Source: Podarcis muralis
Lineage: Eukaryota
NCBI RefSeq assembly: GCF_964188315.1
Contig: NC_135662.1
Span: 24,242,001 to 24,306,000, forward strand
Length of the DNA: 64,000 bases
Direction: 5' to 3'
The notes under the pieces were generated by a model. It searched no databases. It had not been told where the DNA came from and saw nothing but the letters and a program-made list of their open reading frames with translations. Positions 1-10,936 of this stretch are shown piece by piece (within the stretch, counting starts at the first letter, position 1; the number at the start of each line of letters is the position of its first letter). Made by a program: the position numbers and the translations under genes.

Positions 1-2179
1 AGGATTTTTTTTGCCCTTTTTGAAGTGTTAGATTTTTAATTTTATACTATAGCTTTGCCTTCGTCCATTTGTCATTTATTCACACATTGAATGTAGTCCA
101 CAAACTGGAGAATAGTGGATTTCTCACAAAATCAGCATAATATGTCCCTGACTTGCAGCCCCCAAACCACAAACAAAGTCACCCCATTCTGGACCAGTCA
201 CAGTTTCTACACTGCCTTCAAGGCCAGCATATAATGGCTGTCAAGCTCAGAAGTTAACCACAGTAAATTTTTAGACCAGTTGTAACTGCATTTTAGACTG
301 CATTGTTTAGTAGAGTTTGTGTAACATTTCAGTCTCCTGTGGCTTTATTTTATAATGCAATGGAATCAGACAAGCCACTTCATCCAGGAGAGATCAGAGC
401 ATCCAATTTAGAAACGAAGCAAATACTTTTATCATAAACGTTTATACTACACACAAAATCTGGACTCAAACAAAAATATGAAAAGCTGTTTATTCCTAGG
501 TCTGTTTTCACAATGCCAAGGCTGTACTGTATTGTGTTACTGGACATTAAAACAAAAAGTTAGACATAACCTTTTCATGTGGCATTTTATCAAGGAGTAC
601 CAGATAAGTTAAAAGTCTGATTAAGAAATATATACTTTTAAAAAGCTTTATTGAGAGAAGAAAAATGACTGTAGTGAACCATCTACAAACTATGAAAGCC
701 TGAGAACCTTTTTGCAAGTGTAACCAAGTATGTTTACTTAAAAGTAGGTCCTACCATGTTAACTTAGGTTTGCTCACAGGGAAGTATACACAGAACAATA
801 ACCCAAACAATATACATCCTCAGTGTGCCTTGGGTGTAAACACTATTTGCTTATATGCAAATTTATACACAACTTATTCTCAGGCAAGTTATGTGGAGTT
901 TCAGCACAGCTTTTTTTTTTTGAAGCCTGGTTATAATTTATACTGGAGAGTTAATACCTCTTAACTCTTAGCAGTCCAGTTTAACACAGGTCTGTAGACT
1001 AGGTTATTAAAACAAAATATCTGCCAAACTTACATAACAATGACACAGCCATATGCAGTTTATCGGAAGTTACAAAATAGGCCCACAGCCCTATAATAGC
1101 TTATTTAGAAGTACAATTAAATGGACTAGCTCCTGCGGATCAGGATGAATATTGCCAGAATGGCAATTTTAGTACTAGAACAAGCCAAGATAAACTAAGG
1201 TGGGAAGTGGGCTCCCCCCACCGCAACTTTTTATTCTTTTGCTTACTTCCATTAGCCACAGAGAAAGTAAAAAGGAGGCATGGGGGTAGGCAAGAAAAGA
1301 GGGAGCAAATTTAGGGTTCTATTCAACTAATTGTTTCCTCAGAATAAACCCATTGAAATTAATGGACCTGAAATTAATTAGCCATGTTCATTATTTTCCA
1401 TGAGTCTTCTCTAAGTAGGACTAGTAGGGAATACTACCTTACAGATTATGGACCAGAGGTTAAAAGTATCTTCCCATCAGAAGATAGCAAGGAATGCAGA
1501 AAGGATAATCAAAGGAGGACTGGACCTGCCTCTTTACTGGATGTACAGAAGGAAACAGAACTTGAGCAATGCACCTTGTTATATAGGCTCGAGAAAAGCA
1601 GAATTCCCAACCCAAAAGAACAGGTGTGGCGACCCTAACAATAATAGGGCTCCAAACGGTTTTGAATCCTTCTTCCCTCCCCGCACCAGATTCAGCTCTT
1701 TTAACTGAGCGCCTCTTGCTACGAAAAGAATATTGCGACACCTTAAAAAAAACACACACACACACACACACACACAAACTTAACACACCGTATATTTCAA
1801 ACACACAGGATCCTGGGAACTGCGGTTTGCTACGGGTGCTGGGAAATGTAGCTCCGTGAGGGGAAAACCACATTTGTACCCCTTCCTTACAAACGTATTA
1901 CGGCTCGAGAGGCTTCCTTTGATGCACGACGCGCAAACCCCCGACTGAGCGGAACATATAATAAAAGTTTCACTGCCACATAGCTCCCAATAGTACAAAG
2001 GGAGCGAATATCAAGCGGGAATTAAATTAGGTGCTGCTTTTACCATTAATTACTACAGGTGTGCTGAGCCCGCGTCCCCTGCCTGCTCCGCTTGCCAGAG
2101 CAGCAGCAGCAGCAATTTCGTAAGGGCAGGATAGAAACTTTTTTTTAAAGGAGAAATAATAAATTGGTAGCAGCAGCAG

Positions 2180-2760
2180 GGAGCCTAAGGGGCGCTCACC
2201 GCATTTCTGCAGCCCGTTGGCGTCCGGAGACTTGGGAGCCGGCCGGCTGCAGTCCTTGACCTGGGTCTGAGCGCTGCTGGAGCACCCCATTTGCGCGGCG
2301 GGACCCCACTCCCCACACCGAGGGGCCGAGGCAAAGAAGCGGGTCTCCCGGGGCGGCTCCTCCGCGGGAAGCGAACCTGCCGCTCCGCTGCCGCCGAAGG
2401 GAATGCGCGCAGGTGTCTCCTCTCCCAGGCGCTAAAAAGCGGGGAAAGCGGGCGCCGCCGCCCCCCTGCTGAGCTGCGCGTGCCGAGGAACTTCCCTCTC
2501 ATAGGCTCCCGCCGGAGTGTTTATCGCTCGAGCTCGGTTGCCATGAGAACGGCGCGCGGCCAGGGGGAGCCGAACACGGGGCGCTCCAAACTTTGGGCAT
2601 TCTTCTTCGCACGGCGCAGGCGCGGCGGGACGGGAGCCTCGTGGCGGCTCGGCGGGGCAGAGCTCGGGAGGTCCAGTGAGGTGATGGTGACACAACGGGG
2701 ACGGGGCACGCCGCTGGTGTCGCTTTTTAAAATCGCAATTTAACGCGGCAATAGGGCCTA
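2180..2760. promoter_or_regulatory. CpG island / ERICH5 promoter region
   Basis: High GC and CpG density around and upstream of the ATG; GC boxes. Confidence 0.6.
2200..2290 (-). CDS. ERICH5: ERICH5 coding exon 1 (MGCSSSAQTQVKDCSRPAPKSPDANGLQKC); remaining exons lie left of the window
   Basis: ATG at 2288-2290 in a CpG island; MGCSSSA N-terminus as in human ERICH5; phase-1 donor G|GTGAGC at 2198-2199; head-to-head with RPL30 as in the human locus. Confidence 0.75.
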
Positions 2761-3640
2761 GTGGGCGGCTGCCCCCTCTGTTTGCTTTGGGCTTGCCTCC
2801 CCTGCGACCAATATAGATATTAAACAAGAGCAGGGAGATAAATCGGTGCTGGGGGCTGATGTCCGGGGCCCCTTCCAGCAGGGCTGGCTCCCCACAAATT
2901 TGAAATAAGCGATCCAATGAATATGATCCCCTAGAAGACGTGGTGGGCAGCCTTTGACCCTCCGGGTGTTGCCTCCCATTCCAAAGGGGGCATCGGTCAG
3001 CATCTTTATCTATATTTTCCTTTTTGTCTTTATATACAGATATGGTTCAAGCCTTGAAATAAAATTATTTGTCAGCATAACATTTGTGAAAATTATTTAT
3101 ATACTTACTTGCTTATAAGACTTCTGTTATCCCCAGGGTAAAAAAAAAAAGGGGGGGGCACATTATCTACCTGGCTCTGCAAGGCCCTGGGTGTTGCTGA
3201 ACTAAGACTCCCAGGCAAGCCTTGTTTGCTGGGGCTGGTAGGAGTTGTAGTTCAAGGACAGCAGTAGCGCCAAAGGCTCCCCACAGCTGAGCTATACAAA
3301 GAGATTCCCCCATGCCCTGTAAATCCTGAGTTTCAAATTACCAGTTGCACCCCTGCCTCTCAAAATGTGTGTGAAGCAGCTATAAGGCTCCCATGGTGGC
3401 TTTTGTTGTGGATTATATTCTGCAGTGCTGGAAAATAGCTGTTACGAGTGACATGTTTATCCCACCCTTTTGCCAAGGAAATCTGGTTGAGGTACATCAA
3501 GGGTGGTGTCCCCAGGTGGGAATGTACCTACCAGTACCTCCTATAAGGTCCACAAATAGTCTATTGAAAATGCCCAGTGCACCAGAGATGGTTTGTACTC
3601 AGTTCCTGTTTGCACGACTCATCCTCTTTTGCAATGAACC

Positions 3641-3780
3641 CATGGGCATAGCTGAAGGGGGGGGGGCAGAGGGCACCTGCTCCCCTAAATCAAATAAATA
3701 AATAAAAATAGTTAAGTAACTGACCAATCACAGATAGCTTGGTTATGCCCCCCCCAACATAAATCCTGGCTATGCCCATG
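3641..3780. mobile_element. MITE, possibly PIF/Harbinger-like
   Basis: 12-bp perfect terminal inverted repeat CATGGGCATAGC / GCTATGCCCATG around an AT-rich core. Confidence 0.45.
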
Positions 3781-5704
3781 ATTGAACCTCCCCACTTTAA
3801 ATATTTCCATATTTCATTGGAAGCCAGAATTCAACACCCATTCTCCCATCCCTTCTGAAGAGAGAAGAGGTACAAAGAGCTGCTTTCTGTATGTACCTTT
3901 TCCCACTTATCAATGGAGAGGTAGCATATGTTGCACCATTTTGTGGTCCTGCCTCTTTTTTATGGGGTAGGCATTTGGTGTTATGCTACCATTTTGTGAT
4001 TGTTGCCAGGGGATTTTTCTAAAAATTCCAAATGTGCCATCTGGCCCAAAGAGGTTGGCAACTCTTAATGGTAGGTGGTCCCTTCAGTCTCAATCCCCAC
4101 CTACCCAATTTCATCCGTACCACAACCCTTACATTTTAACCCTGTGAGGAAGAGATAATTGACTACCCCAAAGTCACCCAGTGAGAATCCTAAGTGGGGT
4201 CAAGGAGAAGGGGGTGGCAGACCCATTGGGACATCCCAAGATGGGAACGGGTCAGTGGTTTTGTCTAATTGTGCTACACCAGATCAGGCTCCTCAGGAGA
4301 TCTGTGGGGCTTCAGATCCAGCAGATTCAAATTTGCTGGTGCCTTGTCCCTTTTGGACGCTTTCTGTGTGAATGAAGGTAGGGCCTCCGCAACAGTACTG
4401 GCAGAGAAATAGCTATATGTCATCCAAATTCTGTCCCCACCTAAACACCAGGCAGTGGGGAAAGACCTGTTTCTTAGCCAGGATTCGACCTGGTGGTCAT
4501 AGTCACTGCATGTATGTACAGTATTTCAAATATTAATATCCTACTTTTCCTTGTACAATCCAATGTGACTAATATGAGAAACACGAAATACACTAAAAAT
4601 TGACAAAGGAACAAATAAGAACAGCTACACAACAAAATACATTGCATGTTTCCATTGTTTTAAATGGCTTCAGTATACACATCCTAATAGGCCTTGCTTA
4701 AATTCATGTATTTATTTAACAAGATTGTATGCCACCTAACCAAAACAACTCTAAGCAGTTTACATAAAGTTATGTAAAACATTCATAGGAGAATACCAAT
4801 AAAATAACAGACTTTAAAAACAAGTAATTATGGCCTTTTTATGCATTATATAACCAGTACTCATACTTGGTTGCTGTGAGGTTGCTGCTGCTTCCTGTGC
4901 ATTCCTGGTGGCTTCCTTGAGATTGGCATATTTTCCATGCCAGTCCACAAGGTATGCTGCTCTCATGAGCCCCTTCAACCAAGAAAGCATTTCTTGGCAG
5001 CCTCTTCATAGCGACTGTAATTATGAAACTATGGTAGATGATTTCATATGACAAACAACATAAACTGTGGCTCAACAAATAAATCAAACGGGTGTTTTCA
5101 GTGTAAAAGGAAAGTCTTTGAGGGGAGAATGTTATCAATTGTCTTATTTGTTTGGTAAAATACCTTCACAATAGATAAATTTATTTTCTGGGGATGATGT
5201 TCTTTGAGTCAGAGTCTTAAGCTGCATGAAGTCTCTCATGTAGGTGCTGGCTGGACCACTACCAGTTTAGTTTCAGCGAGATGATGGCCCTACATGCCTT
5301 CAACCCATAACCTTGATTGCACTTCTGTAGAATTAAATAAGAAGTTGCCACGCAAAACAATGCGAAAAAGAACTGACAGTGAACAAATAAGTTTTGAAAC
5401 CTAGGGGGCTTTTTGGGGAGGGGAGTTGCTTTACGAATTAAAGTTTAGTTAAATGAGGTTGCTCTCCTATAGACCCTTACCTGTAAGCCCCACTGAACGC
5501 AGTGAGGCATATTTCTGAGTTGAATTGTACAGGATTGCACTGCAAACGTTTCCTTCTGTGACTATCTCAAGGAATTGTTCTATCAGGTCAAAGAGCATGT
5601 GATGCTGGTCACTGTTTAACACCAAATGATGCAATAGTGGTGGCATTTGCAACATACCAGTGGATAGATATGAATTACTAAGGACACTGGTTAAATGAAA
5701 CAAC

Positions 5705-6287
5705 TGTCACGCTGCAGGGCATGCCCTCGGGGGGGCTATGGTCTTGAGCCAAAGTCTAGCACAGAGAATCAGGCTAGGTCCAAAATGTGATCAAAACTAC
5801 ACCCAAGTTCAACATCACAGTGAATTCAGCAAGGTGAGGGAACTGGAAGCAGGACTAAGGATCCCACAAACAAGAAGAGATATCTGTGTTGTTTCCTACA
5901 ACTAGAAGGCTAATGTGTGAGACTCATACATAACACCCTAACCCCAGCTGCTGGTAGTAAAGGAGTTCCAACAATTGCTTACCATGTACAACGTCTTGGT
6001 CTGTAGACCCATGCTAGGTCATTGCTCTTCAGTCTGTGCCCAGGCCAATTGGTGCCAGAGTTATTCAGGACTGAGGGCTGGCTCAGTCTCTTCCTCTGAC
6101 AGCTCAAAGGGTTCTTCAGACAGTTTCTCACCAGACAGCCTGTCAAGGGGATCCTCAGCATTCATTCCAGGCGATCCAGCATAGACCTCAAAGTCCTCCA
6201 CCTTTGGGGTGTTGGTTTCACCCCTTCAAGTACTTAGTGCCAGTTCAGGGCTAGACATGGCACCGGTTTGTGTAAAGCTGTAAGACA
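5705..6287 (-). mobile_element. Solo LTR (Gypsy-like), 583 bp
   Basis: TGTC...GACA termini; 4-bp TSD CAAC at 5701-5704 and 6288-6291; orientation tentative. Confidence 0.6.
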
Positions 6288-6698
6288 CAACAGCCGTTTA
6301 TGTTCTGCCAGAAACCTTTGACATGCAATGCAAACATAAGTGAACACAAAGTGCACAACTCTTTCACGTTTACTGTAGAAATTTAAAACCTTACTTACAT
6401 TAGCGAAAACAGTGCAAGCCCTCAAATGTCTTAAAATCCAACCACCATCAAATGTTATCAAAACGCATTATGTCAGAGTAATCGTATTGAAACCACAGCC
6501 CTAATCATGATCACATTTCTGTTGTCAGACTTCATGAATCTGTGCCGTAGACACCCATTAACTTCTGCAAATGAGAGGCTGTGTATCTAGTTGTTCTAAT
6601 TATTTACAATATTTGCAATAAAGAGACTTCTAGTATGGTTTTTTTAAAAAATGTCAAGCACATGTGAAACACATCTGATTCCTGTACTGATTGCAGCT

Positions 6699-6839
6699 TG
6701 TTCACAGAGCAGACCAGGGCAGGTGTATAATCTAAAAGCTGGGTGGGGAATCTCAGGCCTGGGGCAAAACACCACCTACAAGGCAGGAATGGAGAACTTG
6801 CTGACCTCTGCACACCTCCCCTGGTCTGCTCTGTGAACA
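6699..6839. mobile_element. Non-autonomous TG...CA element with long inverted repeats (Ginger-like?)
   Basis: 25-bp perfect inverted repeat 6695-6719 / 6819-6843, extended by 6 more bp after one mismatch; can be read as TGTTCAC...GTGAACA with a 4-bp AGCT TSD. Confidence 0.5.
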
Positions 6840-7056
6840 AGCTCTTATCATTCCTAAACATTGGCCATGATGGCTTAGACTGATGGGAGTTGAAGGACCA
6901 TGGGTTCCCCACCCCTATTATAAAGGAATCTCCTACAATTGGCCTTGAATTGTATGATGGAATAAGAGGATATGTTCATAATAATCTAAGCTGTGCATGC
7001 ACTATAACTTTAAAGCACTTTGGAAACACATTCTTTCTCTCAAAAAAACTGGGTAC

Positions 7057-7467
7057 TGTAGTTAACCTCTCACACAACTAACATCACCAGCAACCTTAAC
7101 AAACTACAATGCCCAGAATTTCATGGCTTTTTACAAGACTGCATTTCTTAGAAGTGCAACAGCAGGGATCATTCAGTTAGCAACCGAAGGGTTAATTGTT
7201 TAGTTAGCCAACCTAGAGCGGGTGGTGGTGTTGCCTAGCAACCAGTGAGATTGGCACAATCCTTGCTGTGGTAACTCAAGCTCTGATTGGCTGGTTACGT
7301 CCAAAGGTGTTTCCTCCTTTGTGTAATTGTATGCCTCCCTATGTACTAGATCTGAATTAAGAAACTTCTCTGTATATTTCTGTATAGTTCAGTTTCCCCT
7401 AGTAAAGTATTACCAATTTCTTTTCTCTCTGGACTCCATTTGTGTTATTCGAGTGACTCTTCTAACA
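7057..7467 (+). mobile_element. Probable solo LTR, 411 bp
   Basis: TGT...ACA termini; imperfect 4-bp TSD GTAC/GTAT; AGTAAA signal followed by a GT-rich tract near the 3' end. Confidence 0.4.
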
Positions 7468-8139
7468 GTATTACTCATGTTTAAACTGGGCATTGAATGT
7501 TTTTGGATATGCTCAAATTGACAATAAGCATCAGGATTTTCTCTGCCCTCCAGCGGACTTCATTCCTTTATCCATTTTTGTTCTGGAACTGTTTTTTGAT
7601 TGGATGGCTGAGTGACAAGAAATGTTGATGCTGATTCAGCAAATGCCAACCTTGTTAGTATCCCAAATTCCAGATTTGCTCACTTTGGAACAATGAGGCA
7701 TAGTTGTTTTCCTGACAATAAATGAATAGGACAGTGCATGAACCAGGGAAAATTGAATGAACATGTTTACACTTGCTTTAAATATGATCATTATCATAAA
7801 GCTCAGTCTGCCACTTTTAATACCCATAGAAAGAAAAGTAATTCGTGTGGGTGCCAGAATGGAATTCTAATAAAGCTTTCTCATTTGTCTGAGGGTGCAA
7901 ATGTACAAAAGCAATAAGTTTAATATCTGCCTGTTTATAGGGCATGTCAAAACAGCTCTGGCAGCTTTTAGAGTAATGCAAAGATTAGGATGTCCACACT
8001 GATAAAACACAGCTGGACTAGTAAGTCTAAAAGAAGCCAAATCAAATCCATGTGAGAGAAATATGCATTCTGTGTGGCATAAATTTAAGCACAAATTATC
8101 CCCAGGTTTGCCATCTTTGATAGCAATAGATTATAAAGA

Positions 8140-8584
8140 AAACAAGAGTGAGTCTTGTGGCACCTTAAAGACTAACAAATGCATTAAGATTTTATGGGCT
8201 ACAGTCCACGCCATCAAACGTATGAAGTGTTTTTCTGAGTGGCAGCTATATATACACATAGTGAAGGGAGTAGGGAATTGTAAACAGTGAGGTCAGAAGG
8301 AAAGGAAATGCAGAAAGTTGCGCTATTTTGCAGTGTCCAGAAACTGAACTGCTTGCAAAGACTGGCTTAGTCTTAGGTTGTTGGCACAGTGGAATTTGTT
8401 GAAGCCTTATAGAAACTGCATTAAGTGCCTCCTGTTCAGGTGATCAAGATGGAATCCATGTATCTTGGGTAGAAGTGAGACTTTTTGGAGACAGCAGCTA
8501 AGTGTTGTTCTAACCAGTCATGAAAATGTTGGCATACTGTGGAGTCATGTGGGAGCCCATGACAGGGCCATTGATTTGAATATA
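8140..8584 (-). mobile_element. Penelope-like retroelement relic, 3' part (RT fragment plus 3' tail with a degenerate hammerhead motif)
   Basis: Minus strand reads YIQINGPVMGSHMTPQYANIFM..LEQH..RYMDS..FNKFHCANNLRLSQSLQAVQFLDT, resembling PLE RT GTAMG/YANIFM/RYIDD/FLD motifs; tail ttagtctttaaggtgccacaagactc typical of sauropsid PLEs. Confidence 0.7.
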
Positions 8585-8855
8585 CAAAGGTACCTTGGTT
8601 CTCGAACTTAATCCGTTCGACTTCCAAAACATTTGAAAACCAAGGCGCACTTTCCCATAGAAAATAATGCAAAAAGGATTAATCTGTTCCAGACTTTTAA
8701 AAACAACCCCTAAAACAGAAATTTAACGTGAATTTTATTATCTAACGAGACCATTGATCCATAAAATGAAAGCAATAAACAATGTGCTGTACTGTAAAAT
8801 AAAACAGTATTGTAGATAAAAATGTATTTTTTTTTCTTACCTTCATGGATGATAG

Positions 8856-9932
8856 TCATTGTTTGGATGGAGGGTCAGGGTCCTCTTCTGGAATTGCAAT
8901 CGGTGACTCCTCTCCTGCCATTCCTTCCCTTGCTTTTCTTACACCACTGACACCTGGTTCAGACCCACTGATAATTTTCCTCACTATTTTTTTTTCAGTT
9001 GAGATTTGCTTTTGCTGATGTTTTAAAATTTGCCTAAAGTGAGACATAGCATTATCATTGAAAGTGTTGGCGGCATGACTTACAGCAGCTTTATCAGGGT
9101 GATATTTTTCAACAAAACTTTGCACTTCAGCCCATTTTGCACACATTTCTCTGATCAGTGCAGTAGATACAATTTCTCTGCTCTCCTCCTCTGAAGGTAG
9201 TTCCTCAGTTGCCGCCTGTTGCTGCTCCGTCAGAATGTTTTGTTCTTCTTCTGTGGCGAGCTCAGTCTTGTGGTCCTCCACTAACTCCTCCACATCACCA
9301 CTATTCACTTGCAATGATTTCTCCTCCTTTGTTATGTAGGTCCTCTTTGGCATTTTCTTCCGAAATAGGCCTGTCTCATCACAGTTGAAAACTTGTTGGG
9401 GAATGAAACCCTGTGACTCAACATAATCTTTAAAATCCAAAACAAATCGGTCAGCATCCAATTTGTTGGCACTGGCAGCTTCGCCATGTCTCACCACACT
9501 GTGTATGCCACTTCTCCTCTTAAAATTATCAAACCAACCTCTACTTGCCTTGAAAACCTCACCCTCAGCACTTGCTCCAGGGGTGTTTCTGATGAGTTCA
9601 GCATGCAAATGTAAAGCTTTTTCACAAATCATGCTCTCAGAAATGCTGTCACCGGCCAACTGTTTTTCTTTTATCCATGTTAAAAGCAGTTTTTCCACTT
9701 CTTCAATTGTCTGTGTCCGTTGCCTTGTGAGTGTTTTAACACCTTTTGCAACATTGGCACCTTTAATGGCTTCCTTATTTTTTAAGATGGTACAAATTGT
9801 AGATTTGGCCATACCAAACTGCGTTGCCAGGTCACTTACACGGACACCGCTTTCATGCTTGGAAATAATTTTCTTCTTCACCTCTATTGTTGCTCTGTTA
9901 ATGGTTCTCTTGCCTTTGCAACTTTTATCCAT
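8856..9932 (-). CDS. Tigger (TIGD1-like) transposase lacking most of the DDD core; 358 aa from the first ATG
   Basis: N-terminal HTH (TIEVKKKII...STICTILKNKE), CENP-B/Tc5 HTH (FKASRGWFDNFKRR), first catalytic motif QVFNCDETGLF, then a direct in-frame join EEKSL|QVNSGDVEELV into the C-terminal region; no stops. Confidence 0.85.
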   Translation of the reverse strand: MDKSCKGKRTINRATIEVKKKIISKHESGVRVSDLATQFGMAKSTICTILKNKEAIKGANVAKGVKTLTRQRTQTIEEVEKLLLTWIKEKQLAGDSISESMICEKALHLHAELIRNTPGASAEGEVFKASRGWFDNFKRRSGIHSVVRHGEAASANKLDADRFVLDFKDYVESQGFIPQQVFNCDETGLFRKKMPKRTYITKEEKSLQVNSGDVEELVEDHKTELATEEEQNILTEQQQAATEELPSEEESREIVSTALIREMCAKWAEVQSFVEKYHPDKAAVSHAANTFNDNAMSHFRQILKHQQKQISTEKKIVRKIISGSEPGVSGVRKAREGMAGEESPIAIPEEDPDPPSKQ

Positions 9933-10024
9933 TTTCGCACAGTCACACAATCAAATTGCAAGAGTGCTCCTGAAAATAACAGTAGCTGAACTGGGTTCCA
10001 CAGAGTCACAAAAAAAATATTAAC

Positions 10025-10135
10025 CAAAATACTCGCAGAAACAAAATCGCCAAATAAGTTGCAGAAACAAAATCGCCAAGTAAGTCGCTGAAACAAAATC
10101 GCCAAATAAATCGCAAAAAGAGAATTGCCAAATAT
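10025..10135. repeat. 26-bp subterminal tandem repeat, about 4 copies, inside the Tigger element
   Basis: caaaatcgccaaataagttgcagaaa / caaaatcgccaagtaagtcgctgaaa / caaaatcgccaaataaatcgcaaaaa plus partial flanking units. Confidence 0.8.
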
Positions 10136-10306
10136 AAGCTCCAAATATCACCAGCGTGTTGCACAGGTCCTCAGCGGAAGCACTCAGAATGGAAGCATTC
10201 AGCTTCCGAAAAAAGTTCACAAACCGGAACACTTACTTCCGGGTTTGTGGCATTCAGGTTCCGATTTGTTCGTCAACTAAGCCGTTCGAGAACCAAGGTT
10301 CCACTG

Positions 10307-10395
10307 TACATGTTCTCACCATAGCTGAAATCATTCTAGGTAAGTACAAAGCAGCAAAATTCAGTGGCCTGGTGTAGTTGTTGCCCCATCTACAC
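10307..10395 (-). mobile_element. Penelope RT relic, 5' part (continues across the Tigger insertion)
   Basis: Reads QATEFCCFVLT*NDFSYGENM and joins YIQINGPVMG in frame once the Tigger and one TA are removed. Confidence 0.7.
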
Positions 10396-10835
10396 TGAAA
10401 ATAGAATTTCAAGATTAAGTGCTAGTGCTGCTTTGCTTTGAATTAAGTCGTTTGTTTACTCCAGAGTAATATGCTTTACATTTTTTTTTAATTTAAGCAG
10501 CCATGTCTTTCTTCACAATACATTTTGACCATAGATCATATTAAGACGGAGGACTCCCCCCCCCCAACACCTGAATTATATGCCTTTTTATTTGAGCATA
10601 TCCTTTCAAGCACAAGTGCAGCCTAAGTTAACAGGCCATGCCCCGAGGATGGCTCGAGTCGCTCTCATTTACAGAGCTTGCTCTCTGCGGAGAGAAGCAA
10701 AGAGAGGGGGCTGCTCAGGCCAAGTGCGGCATAGAGATAGAAAAACGTAAAGACGCCGCCTTTCGTCTTCCAGAGCCTGGATGGAGGGAGCCGCCTCAAA
10801 CTCCTTTCAGAATGGCCGTTACAGTTCTTCTCTGT

Positions 10836-10936
10836 CAGCCTTCTCCAGACAAACCTTGGGTCCTACAACAGGGGATCAAGTATGATGGGGAGCGTAGTCC
10901 CAACACCGTTTGAGGCACCAAGGTTAAGAACGCCTG
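10836..10936. mobile_element. Degenerate hAT-type MITE
   Basis: Ends cagccttct... / ...ggttaagaacgcctg and internal gatgggagcgtagtcccaac resemble the palindromic hAT MITEs elsewhere in the window; no TSD seen. Confidence 0.4.

Larger units (their letters stand above)
8585..10306 (-). mobile_element. Tigger/pogo DNA transposon, internally deleted, 1722 bp
   Basis: TA TSDs at 8583-8584 and 10307-10308; TIRs CAAAGGTACCTTGGTTCTCGAAC vs CAGTGGAACCTTGGTTCTCGAAC (20/23 identical); transposase ORF inside. Confidence 0.92.

Noticed and set aside
1384-1638. 84-aa plus-strand ORF ending at a CAG|GTGTGG donor-like site
   Set aside because: No recognisable homology; antisense within ERICH5 intron 1; no partner exons found
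2185-3003. Several long ORFs on both strands
   Set aside because: Expected from stop-codon scarcity in a CpG island; low-complexity Arg/Pro/Gly content
9463-10023. 186-aa ORF antisense to the transposase
   Set aside because: Shadow ORF of the transposase frame; no domain resemblance
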